Shown here piece by piece: positions 56,339 through 64,000 of a stretch of DNA of 64,000 nucleotides (positions are counted from its first letter, which is position 1; each line of letters begins with the position of its first letter). The notes under the pieces were generated by a model, which was given only the letters and a program-made list of their open reading frames with translations, was not told the origin of the DNA and made no database searches. A program made the position numbers and the translations under genes. The DNA lies in assembly GCA_964426845.1 (NCBI GenBank), contig CAYRSA010000004.1, positions 61,845-125,844 of the forward strand, read 5' to 3'. The stretch is from an uncultured Candidatus Saccharibacteria bacterium. GTDB lineage: Bacteria; Patescibacteriota; Saccharimonadia; Saccharimonadales; JAGQNJ01.

Positions 56339-58588
56339 CTAAGCTTTGTTCGCTTTTTGTACCTCTGTTACCTCTTCAGACTCCTCGCTTGTATCTGCGA
56401 AATTAACGGTGTGGGTCCCGGCTTCCAGCTTCTTCTTCTCAAAACTAAAGCCGAAAGTACTACCCTTGCCCTCCGCCGTTTTAAAGATAATTGAGCCGCC
56501 CTGGGCAATTACCACCTTCTTAGCCATAAACAGCCCCAAACCAGTACCGTCCGGTCGGGCCTTTTTAGCGTTGCCGGCTCGGTAGAACTTATTAAACAAC
56601 TGGTGTTGCTCGGCCTTAGGCACACCTATTCCATCGTCGGTCACTGTAAATTCGATTGTTTCACCCTTGTCAACTACAGCTACCACCACATGTCCTCCAG
56701 CCGGCGTGTAGTAAATGGCATTGTCGGCGAAGTTCATAACCACTTGGCGGATTTTGGTTTCGTCCATATTAAGCACCGGGAAGTTCTTGGGTTTGTCGTA
56801 TTTAACCTCCAGCCTCCGAGCCTCGGCCGTCTCTTTCAACTGTTCCAATTCCCCCTCCACAACATCAGCCAGATTGGTCGGTGCCGACTCAATTATGAAC
56901 TTGCCAGTCTTTAGCCGTGACACGTTTAACAGATCGGCAATCAGGTAAACCATGCGTTGTGAGCTCAGGAAAGCCTGGTCCAGCAATTTGCGCTGTTCTT
57001 TAGTAATCTTGCCAACATCACCCTCCAGCACCATCGAAACATAACCCTTAACAGAGGTCAGGGGCGTCCTCAGCTGGTGTGAAGCCATACTAATGAAGTC
57101 ATCCTTAGTCTGATCCATAGCCACCAACTTCTCATTAGCCTTGCGCAGCTCGCCGGTGGCCTTGTCAACTTTGGCCTGCAAAGTAACATTAAACTGCTGA
57201 ATTTCCTCAAACCTGAGGGCATTTTGAATAGCAATCACCAGCTCATCGGCGATAATCTCCAGAACTTTCTGGTCTTGCTGAGCATAGGGGTTGCCGCTCT
57301 TCTTGGGGCCTAACACTAATGAGCCGACAAGCGACCCTTTCTCTCCAGTTGAAATGAGCTGAGCAACCATACCGATGTCACTCTCAATCTTAAATTTCTT
57401 AAGAATAGCGTTGGTTTCGGCATTATCCTCGAGACCAAATATCTTTTCTTTAACCTCCTTGGCCGCCTGTATGATGTCATTGGTACGAGAGTTGGCTGAG
57501 TTACTGGTGGTAAACATGTTCTCAGGGGTATTCTCGCTCTCATAAACTACAAAGGTCACCTCAGCCGGCTTGAGATAGTGCTCCAATAACAACGAGGTGT
57601 TTTTAAGGATGTTCTTTACTTCAATCGAGGAAACCAGCTCTGAATTCAAATCGTTTAACAGAGACTGGGCGTCATAGGCATCTCTGTAAAACAGTTTATT
57701 GGTGAAACGGTCGATAAACTTCTTAATTGGCTGGTAACTAAAGGCTAGGAACAGGGCGGCCAGAATGTAGAAAGTTTGCTGGATGAGGTTAAAGTCAGGG
57801 GTACCTAGCACCTGATTGGATATACCGAAGACCAAAATCGCATATGTGGCCGCAAACACGGCCACCAATATGATGTAGGCCGCTGAGCGGGCCACGATGG
57901 CCCGGAAGTTCAACAACTGTTGTCGGAAGATACTGTAGAACACCGAGGCTGTGAATAACAGAGGCGCCGCGTAGCCCAGGAACAGAAACCGCTCACTGCC
58001 AGTTACGGCTGGCAACACCGTAATAAAGAAAGCTCCCAGGATAATACTCGAGATCAGCCCGGCAAAAACCGTGTAAGCCTGGCGCCTGACCACTGGTTCA
58101 ACACTTTTGAAGGCCGAGAACATGTTTTTAATGCTCAGGGCAGCAATAGCTAGGACGTAGAGTCCGACTACTCCCACCAGGGGTCCATAGGTGTAAACTG
58201 CTACTTCTCCAGGCGCTGACTGGGAGAAACTACCCGAAACTAAGGGGCTTAGAGTCAGAAACGGCACCACCAGGCCTACAGCCGTAATAACACCTTGAGC
58301 CTTGGTTTTGGCCTTTTCGACTGGAAACACCAGCGACAGCCTATATACGGTGATTAGGGACAGGGTACCCAGAAAAAAGCCGACTCGGTTCATTATATCG
58401 ATAAACGTTAGTTGATCTTTGACTTGGTACTGATAGTAGTCCAGCAGGATATTGGCCACTGTCCAGACAGCCATGTTGGCCGCAAACAAGATAAACACCT
58501 TGCTAACTTTCGAATGTTTTTTGTAGCCAAGCAACACCGCCAACACTACCTGCAGAAATGCAAGTACCATAAGCACGATATACTTCAT
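56339..58588 (-). CDS. Sensor histidine kinase with an N-terminal ~8-TM sensor domain, GAF/PAS-like linker, HisKA and HATPase_c
   Basis: H-box SHQLRTPLTSV; N/G boxes (NAIYYT, DDGIGV, GTGLGL); many TM helices in the first ~270 aa. Confidence 0.85.
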   Translation of the reverse strand: MKYIVLMVLAFLQVVLAVLLGYKKHSKVSKVFILFAANMAVWTVANILLDYYQYQVKDQLTFIDIMNRVGFFLGTLSLITVYRLSLVFPVEKAKTKAQGVITAVGLVVPFLTLSPLVSGSFSQSAPGEVAVYTYGPLVGVVGLYVLAIAALSIKNMFSAFKSVEPVVRRQAYTVFAGLISSIILGAFFITVLPAVTGSERFLFLGYAAPLLFTASVFYSIFRQQLLNFRAIVARSAAYIILVAVFAATYAILVFGISNQVLGTPDFNLIQQTFYILAALFLAFSYQPIKKFIDRFTNKLFYRDAYDAQSLLNDLNSELVSSIEVKNILKNTSLLLEHYLKPAEVTFVVYESENTPENMFTTSNSANSRTNDIIQAAKEVKEKIFGLEDNAETNAILKKFKIESDIGMVAQLISTGEKGSLVGSLVLGPKKSGNPYAQQDQKVLEIIADELVIAIQNALRFEEIQQFNVTLQAKVDKATGELRKANEKLVAMDQTKDDFISMASHQLRTPLTSVKGYVSMVLEGDVGKITKEQRKLLDQAFLSSQRMVYLIADLLNVSRLKTGKFIIESAPTNLADVVEGELEQLKETAEARRLEVKYDKPKNFPVLNMDETKIRQVVMNFADNAIYYTPAGGHVVVAVVDKGETIEFTVTDDGIGVPKAEQHQLFNKFYRAGNAKKARPDGTGLGLFMAKKVVIAQGGSIIFKTAEGKGSTFGFSFEKKKLEAGTHTVNFADTSEESEEVTEVQKANKA

Positions 58589-58631
58589 GCTCTAAATTGT
58601 AACATCAATAAGCGTTAACGGTTTGCCGGCA

Positions 58632-59612
58632 TTACATGCGACGAGTAACCAGCGGGATGTCGTCTCTAGTAGATGGACCCAGTTGGTAAACGGGCACTTC
58701 CTGGCCAGAAATAATTTGTGAAATAGTCTCTCGAGCAGCACCGCGTTTGTCCAATTGGCGGTCACCAGTTGGCACGTGTACATATACGTCAGTGAAGCAA
58801 GCTTCGTTTTCTGGCGAGTATGGAATGTCTACCGCTACATAGTCAAGGTCGTAATGACCCGGTTTACCGGGCTCTGGCAAGTGAAATTCACGACCCAGTA
58901 GAAGTTCGTGGGTCACGCCAGTTCGGCCTAGAGATCGGATTGCTCCTTGGTTTAGGTAGGCAAATAGGTCTGTAACACCAGCTTCTTTACCAAGCATATA
59001 AGTGGCTTTGTAACTAATAAGCGTGTTGAGCTGACTGAACATATCGCCTTCTTCATTGACTCGTCCGGTGACGTGATTGGAGGTAACATTCCATACCTTA
59101 CCGATATCTTCGATTCCGTGGAATTCTTGGAGGGACGACAAATCTAGCACTTCGTTAGGGTCAGTTGCTGTCAGTCGGTCATCGATAACCTCGATACCAG
59201 TTAGGCCAGTTTCTGCTCGCTCCTCTTCGGTCATAGCCGGTACCAAGCGCTTTACGTGATCAATGCCGCTGGCACCTAGCGGGTTAGTGTCGACTGTGTA
59301 TAGCCAAATGGAGCGCTCTTCGTACTGAGCCATAGCAGCGTGATTATCATAACCAGTGTAAGCCTTAGTTTCAGTCATTCGACCGAAGTTAGCAGCCGGG
59401 TGATCCCAGGGTACAATTACGGTCACGATTGTTGGTCCTTCTGGATCAATATTCTCGCGCAGTTCATTAACTAATGATGCCTCAAGGGTATCAAGTAATT
59501 CCTCGTCAACTATATATGCTTCCCGAGATACAACAAAAGGCGCTACTGTGTCAGTAAATTGAGGAGTCAGAATTTCTGGGTTTCCTATTCTTGGTTGATC
59601 GGTTATTGCCAT
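58632..59612 (-). CDS. Hypothetical soluble protein, 326 aa
   Basis: ORF only; no motif recognised. Confidence 0.5.
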   Translation of the reverse strand: MAITDQPRIGNPEILTPQFTDTVAPFVVSREAYIVDEELLDTLEASLVNELRENIDPEGPTIVTVIVPWDHPAANFGRMTETKAYTGYDNHAAMAQYEERSIWLYTVDTNPLGASGIDHVKRLVPAMTEEERAETGLTGIEVIDDRLTATDPNEVLDLSSLQEFHGIEDIGKVWNVTSNHVTGRVNEEGDMFSQLNTLISYKATYMLGKEAGVTDLFAYLNQGAIRSLGRTGVTHELLLGREFHLPEPGKPGHYDLDYVAVDIPYSPENEACFTDVYVHVPTGDRQLDKRGAARETISQIISGQEVPVYQLGPSTRDDIPLVTRRM

Positions 59613-59806
59613 GTTTCGGGGTTCCCACTTATTTTAATGTTATTATTGTACCATAGTATAGATTTTCAGTCAATAGTATTCTGTGCTATTAATTAACGAA
59701 GCACCTCAGTGACCTCTGGCGTAAGCCAGAGATTTCCAAGGTGCTTTTAATCTAATAAGGTTCTGCTTAAATGCTAGCAGGAAGGCTGGCCTCAGTCAAA
59801 AGTATT

Positions 59807-60751
59807 TTAAGCAACATCGGTGGCTAGTAGTTCGGCTTCAATCTTCTTAGCCTCAAGTCTCGCCATCAAAGTTTTACGCTTAGTCTGAGATGCGTACAAG
59901 CCCAGGCCTGTGAAAAAGGAGGCCGCTAGGACGGGTGTCTTCAGCCAGTCAATCATGAATTGACAGACATCTTCCAGAACTGGGATGTCGTGTTTTATAC
60001 TACCTGTTAAGCCAGCGGCTACGCCGTAGTTAAACCCTACAATGGCAGTGGCTGCCATCGCACCCCTAACCAAGTTTTTAGCTATTGGTGTTTCGCCGCC
60101 GTCTGTGAGGTCTTTGCTAATTTCTACTCCACCAGTGCCAGTCCCCAGCGCTAAGCCAAGGTTTAACAACCCTTTACCTGCTGTTTGAGCTACGCGACTG
60201 TTCTTAAGACCAACGACCAGCTGGCTTTCTTTAACAGCGGTAGTCGCTCTCGAGAACATATCTTTTATCGGCGCTAGTTTAGATGGTTTTTCGCTGGCTT
60301 TAGGTTCACCCACCGACTTAAGTAAGGCTTTCTCGGTCTCGGTTAGCGAATCAGCCGGCTGAATGTAATGCTCATACATAGCTTTGGCAGCTGGCTTCAT
60401 GCGATAAAGAGCCCAAGCCGCAAAGAATGTTAAAGGAACTTCCAAAGCAATTGTCCTCTGTGCAACTTCCCAAGCCGAACCCCAAATATCCTGACCACCA
60501 GACTCGACAAAATGATCGGCGCCAGCATCGCTTATCCAAGTTTCATTACCCGAAGATAGTTCAAAGGTCTGTAGGGCTATATAGCCAGGGATCAACACGC
60601 GCTCAACTGGGTGCATATTCTTGGCAGACTCTAGGGCAATATGGCCAATTTCCGGACCATGACTTGACTCCCAGCGTATGCGAGCAGCTTCAACATAAGT
60701 ATTAAGCATGGGGGCTTGGGCTATTGCCACTTGAGATAGTTCGCTAATCAT
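59807..60751 (-). CDS. Hypothetical protein with glycine-zipper-rich hydrophobic helices (membrane-associated?), 314 aa
   Basis: Segments GLLNLGLALGTGTGG, AMAATAIVGFNYGVAAGLTGS and FFTGLGLYAS. It is followed by a complex hairpin at ~59690-59745. Confidence 0.5.
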   Translation of the reverse strand: MISELSQVAIAQAPMLNTYVEAARIRWESSHGPEIGHIALESAKNMHPVERVLIPGYIALQTFELSSGNETWISDAGADHFVESGGQDIWGSAWEVAQRTIALEVPLTFFAAWALYRMKPAAKAMYEHYIQPADSLTETEKALLKSVGEPKASEKPSKLAPIKDMFSRATTAVKESQLVVGLKNSRVAQTAGKGLLNLGLALGTGTGGVEISKDLTDGGETPIAKNLVRGAMAATAIVGFNYGVAAGLTGSIKHDIPVLEDVCQFMIDWLKTPVLAASFFTGLGLYASQTKRKTLMARLEAKKIEAELLATDVA

Positions 60752-60898
60752 AAATTTCCTTGGCTAAAAAATAGGCCCCACCACCATCCCATCTTAGGAC
60801 TGATCAGCGGGCACCTAAACTTCTAAAGTACTCTTACATTGTAATATATTGTGCCTAAAAAGTCAAGTCGTGCTATCTCTGGTTCCTTGTAGATAAAT

Positions 60899-60907
60899 TG
60901 TTACAAT
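60899..60907 (+). promoter_or_regulatory. Extended -10 TGTTACAAT 9 nt before the RR1 ATG (leaderless candidate)
   Basis: Seen in the sequence. Confidence 0.4.
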
Positions 60908-60915
60908 AAAGTCAT

Positions 60916-61296
60916 ATGCAACAAGCCACCATCGCCGTCATCGAAGATGAACCGACCTTGAATGAGATGTACCAGATGAAATTGAAACTGGAGGGCTTTA
61001 AGGTCGTCTCGGCCCTAGACGGCCAAGCAGGCCTGGAAATCGCGGACAAGTATCGCCCTGACCTAATACTTCTAGACCTTAAAATGCCTGTTATGAGTGG
61101 CGACGAGATGCTGGCTAAGCTGCGCCAAACAGATTGGGGTGCCGAAATCAAAGTCATTATTTTGACCAACATTAGTCGCGATGAAGCCCCGCAAAGCCTA
61201 CGGATGCTCAACGTTGATCGTTATATAGTCAAGGCTCATTACACGCCGGCCCAGGTGATCTCCGAAGTGCGCAGCGTACTCGGTAGACGTACTTAA
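60916..61296 (+). CDS. Single-domain response regulator (receiver only, CheY-like), copy 1
   Basis: REC residues: acidic pocket IEDE, phospho-acceptor D in LILLDL, T in ILTN, K in VKAH. 126 aa with no output domain. Confidence 0.85.
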   Translation: MQQATIAVIEDEPTLNEMYQMKLKLEGFKVVSALDGQAGLEIADKYRPDLILLDLKMPVMSGDEMLAKLRQTDWGAEIKVIILTNISRDEAPQSLRMLNVDRYIVKAHYTPAQVISEVRSVLGRRT

Positions 61297-61323
61297 TTTG
61301 CCGCGTCGTGGTAGGATTAGTAT

Positions 61324-61695
61324 ATGGCAACTAAAATTGCGATTGTCGAAGATGACCAAGCCATCTCCCAGATGTATCGCTTTAAGTTTGAGGCCGAGGA
61401 TTTCACGGTTGAAACCGCCGAGAACGGCAAACTAGGCTTGGAATTAGCTGAAAAGATGAAGCCCGACATCATCTTGCTGGACCTAATGATGCCCGAGATG
61501 AACGGTGATGAGATGTTGGCCGCTCTGCGAAAAACTGACTGGGGCAAGAACATCAAGGTCATTATTCTGACCAACATGGGCGAGCAAGAAGTGCCCGAAG
61601 CTGTTAAGAACTTGGGTGTATCGGCAGTCATCCTGAAAGCTGATATGACCCCTCGCCAGGTGGCTGAGCTGGTCAAAGAGCAGCTCGGTAAATAG
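61324..61695 (+). CDS. Single-domain response regulator (receiver only), copy 2; paralogue of copy 1
   Basis: Same REC residues (VEDD, ILLDL, ILTN, LKAD). Collinear with copy 1 at roughly 50% identity by eye. Confidence 0.85.
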   Translation: MATKIAIVEDDQAISQMYRFKFEAEDFTVETAENGKLGLELAEKMKPDIILLDLMMPEMNGDEMLAALRKTDWGKNIKVIILTNMGEQEVPEAVKNLGVSAVILKADMTPRQVAELVKEQLGK

Positions 61696-61712
61696 ACTGT
61701 TATAATAAGCAT

Positions 61713-63065
61713 ATGAACATTGCAATACTTGGCTTCGATCGGCAGGGTCGATCGGCCTTTAACTACTGGAATAAGCCTGAAAACACCATCACAATCTGCG
61801 ACCAAAATTATGTCGACGACACCCCACCCGGGGTGCCCACCAGGTTTGGCGGTGATTACCTCAATGACCTCTATAAGTTTGATCTCATTATCCGCACGCC
61901 CGGCCTGCACGAGAAAGAAATTGTCGACAACAACACCGAAGACCCCAACATTTTGGCCAAAGTTACCACTGTTACCAACGAATTCTTCAAAGTCTGCCCC
62001 ACCAAGCGAATTATCGGCGTCACCGGCACTAAGGGCAAAGGTACCACTTCGACACTTATCGCTAAGTTCTTAGAAGCTGCTGGCTACAAAGTCCACCTGG
62101 GTGGTAATATCGGTATAGCGCCTCTGGAATTACTCAAAAATGGCATCAAGCCTGAAGATTGGGTAGTGATGGAGCTGGCCAACTTCCAGCTGATCGACCT
62201 TAAGTACTCCCCGCATATCGCCGTTTGCCTGATGATTGCTCCGGAACACTTGGATTGGCACCAAGATATGTATGAATACATCGAGGCCAAACAACAGCTT
62301 TTTGCTCATCAGCAACTGCACGATGTGGCTATTTTCAACGCTCTCGACATCTATTCTCAAGAGATAGCCGATGCCTCACCGGCCATGCAGTTCGGCTATG
62401 AAGTTCCGCCAGAAGGCCAACAGCCAGAGAATAAAACCGGTGCCTACGTTGACGGGCATCACATATGTTTCCAAGGTGAAAAGATTTGCCGTATTAGTGA
62501 GGTTGTTTTACCCGGCCGCCATAATCTAGAGAACGTTTGCGCCGCGATTACGGCCGTTTATCCCCTGATTGCCCAGGCTCAAAAACATCCCCACAATGTC
62601 ATCAAGGGGGTACTAAAGACCTTCGTAGGCTTGCCACACCGGATTGAGATTGTCGGCCAAGCCAGGGGCGTGTGGTTTATTAACGATTCATACTCGACTA
62701 ATCCAGCCTCGGCGGTTGCTGCTATTCGGGCCGTCGACCACCCGCAAATTGTGGTTATCGGCGGCTATGACCGCGGTCTAGATCTTGGCGAGTTAATTGA
62801 GGAAATTAAGACCAATAAACTAGTCAAAAAGGTCCTGGTAATTGGTGCTTCTGGCCAACGAGTGGCTCAGACCCTAAAAGGCCATAACTTTAATAATTAT
62901 CAGCTGTCGACAGCCACCACTATGCCGGCCATTGTCGGCGAAGCTCTGGCTTTAGCTCGCAAGGGCGACGCCGTAGTCTTCTCGCCAGCCTTCCCAAGCT
63001 TTGATATGTTTAAGGATTTTGAAGTACGTGGCAATCAGTTTAAGGCCGCTGTTAAAGCTCTATGA
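61713..63065 (+). CDS. murD: UDP-N-acetylmuramoyl-L-alanine--D-glutamate ligase (MurD)
   Basis: Mur ligase ATP-binding motif GVTGTKGKGTT, central and C-terminal domains, 450 aa. Confidence 0.85.
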   Translation: MNIAILGFDRQGRSAFNYWNKPENTITICDQNYVDDTPPGVPTRFGGDYLNDLYKFDLIIRTPGLHEKEIVDNNTEDPNILAKVTTVTNEFFKVCPTKRIIGVTGTKGKGTTSTLIAKFLEAAGYKVHLGGNIGIAPLELLKNGIKPEDWVVMELANFQLIDLKYSPHIAVCLMIAPEHLDWHQDMYEYIEAKQQLFAHQQLHDVAIFNALDIYSQEIADASPAMQFGYEVPPEGQQPENKTGAYVDGHHICFQGEKICRISEVVLPGRHNLENVCAAITAVYPLIAQAQKHPHNVIKGVLKTFVGLPHRIEIVGQARGVWFINDSYSTNPASAVAAIRAVDHPQIVVIGGYDRGLDLGELIEEIKTNKLVKKVLVIGASGQRVAQTLKGHNFNNYQLSTATTMPAIVGEALALARKGDAVVFSPAFPSFDMFKDFEVRGNQFKAAVKAL

Positions 63066-64000
63066 AATACCGGCAGTTCATTTTTCAGGATTACCGCTTC
63101 GACCCGGCCACCAAGAAGTTAGTCCTGCATTACGCCATCGACGAAGCCTGGCATTTCAGCGAGACCTATGAGTTTGAATTTGATTTCGTTGATTACGACC
63201 CGGCCGTTCTGGACCAAGCCGTTCAAGCTCTGTTCTTCATCGCCGGCACCTCCTACTTCAAGACCTTTGTCCCCCCGGAAATTGTCGTCAATAAAGGCTC
63301 CATCGATACCGGCGACGCGGCTTTCTACAGCCAAGTCTATCAAGAAGGCTTAGGTGAGTTTTGGTACGTTAACAAACTCGACCCTAAAACCCCTGTTAAT
63401 TTCCCGGTAAATGGCGAGGTCAAACCCCTACCAGACTTTGACAACACAGGACTACTTATCGGGCTGGGAGGCGGTAAAGATTCCTTGACCACTACTGAGT
63501 TACTAAGGGATAAGGCCGATATCGCCACCTGGAGCCTTAACCATCGCCAACAACTTGAGCCCCTGGTCCACAAGGTCGGCCGGCCACACTTTTTTGTCGC
63601 CCGACAGTGGGACCCTCAACTTAAAGATATAGTCCAACACGGCGGCCTCAACGGCCACGTGCCAATTTCTGCCATCTTTGCCGCTGTCGGCACTATCGTC
63701 GCCGTACTAACTGGCAAACGGGACGTCGTTACCTCTAACGAACAATCGGCCAACGAACCGACTCTCGAGTATCAAGGCATCGCCATCAATCACCAATACT
63801 CCAAATCCCAAGCTTTCGAGAAGATCTACCAGAACTATCTCACCCGACACTTTGGTGACCAGCTCCGCTACTATTCATTCCTCAGACCTTTTAGTGAAAT
63901 TAAGATCGCCGAGATCTTCTCTCGCGTCGGTTTTGAAAAATATAAAGACGTCTTCAGCTCTTGCAACCGAGCTTACGTCGTCGAGAGCAACCACATGTCC
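63062..64000 (+). CDS. PP-loop (adenine nucleotide alpha-hydrolase superfamily) ATPase of unknown specificity; 5' partial, continues beyond the window end
   Basis: The ATG overlaps the murD TGA (ATGA). It has a PP-loop-like GLGGGKDS at about residue 135 and stays open to the window end (not in the ORF track). Confidence 0.5.
   Translation, partial: MKYRQFIFQDYRFDPATKKLVLHYAIDEAWHFSETYEFEFDFVDYDPAVLDQAVQALFFIAGTSYFKTFVPPEIVVNKGSIDTGDAAFYSQVYQEGLGEFWYVNKLDPKTPVNFPVNGEVKPLPDFDNTGLLIGLGGGKDSLTTTELLRDKADIATWSLNHRQQLEPLVHKVGRPHFFVARQWDPQLKDIVQHGGLNGHVPISAIFAAVGTIVAVLTGKRDVVTSNEQSANEPTLEYQGIAINHQYSKSQAFEKIYQNYLTRHFGDQLRYYSFLRPFSEIKIAEIFSRVGFEKYKDVFSSCNRAYVVESNHMS

Noticed and set aside
1-64000. CRISPR arrays, rRNA genes, transposases/IS elements, prophage blocks
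   Set aside because: No regularly spaced direct repeats, no rRNA-like conserved blocks, and no recombinase or capsid-like ORFs were seen on either strand. The only tandem repeat is the coding (PG)14 tract.

Overview
The window is a gene-dense, roughly 50% GC bacterial chromosome segment, and almost all of it is housekeeping genes on the minus strand. The recognisable genes are:
- DNA repair and nucleases: uvrC (partial), uvrA, pcrA/uvrD, sbcB, and a Nudix hydrolase.
- tRNA/rRNA modification and other conserved genes: trhO, mnmA with a cysteine desulfurase, tatD, rsmA, obg, ruvX.
- Translation: rplY (L25/Ctc), alaS (short form), metG (short form), tRNA-Glu(UUC) and a tmRNA (ssrA).
- Central metabolism: pyrE and pyrF, and the glycolytic run pyk-pgk-tpiA.
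- Cell envelope: mltG, murD, a LysM-CHAP hydrolase, a YabE/RpfB-like DUF348-G5-SLT protein, a trehalase, and a sortase (LPXTG) substrate with a PKD domain.
- Membrane redox cluster: NDH-2, an FAD-linked oxidase, DoxX and a MsrQ-like/cytochrome b5 fusion.
- Signalling: two membrane histidine kinases and two tandem receiver-only response regulators.

Taken together (LPXTG anchoring, the yabE-rsmA and alaS-ruvX-mltG synteny, truncated AlaRS/MetRS, tmRNA), the segment looks like a small Gram-positive-type genome, possibly Saccharibacteria/CPR-like; this lineage call is inference only. Many genes appear to sit directly behind an extended -10 element (TGnTATAAT, often within ...CTCTGTTATAAT...) only 6-9 nt before the ATG, which suggests widespread leaderless transcription.

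No CRISPR array, integrase, transposase or rRNA was found. The candidates I consider most likely to be an undescribed system are:
- A five-gene minus-strand operon with its own promoter (55331-56263, 54323-55321, 53490-54311, 52129-53328, 51028-52089): VWA-like membrane protein, MoxR-like AAA+, an unknown protein, a (Pro-Gly)14-linker secreted protein, and an LPXTG/PKD surface protein. The MoxR Walker B and the VWA MIDAS motifs both look degenerate.
- Two unknown proteins (58632-60751) lying between a multi-TM histidine kinase and the receiver-only regulators.
- A BmrB-like 24-codon uORF in front of a heterodimeric ABC exporter.
- murD translationally coupled to a PP-loop ATPase that continues past the window end.
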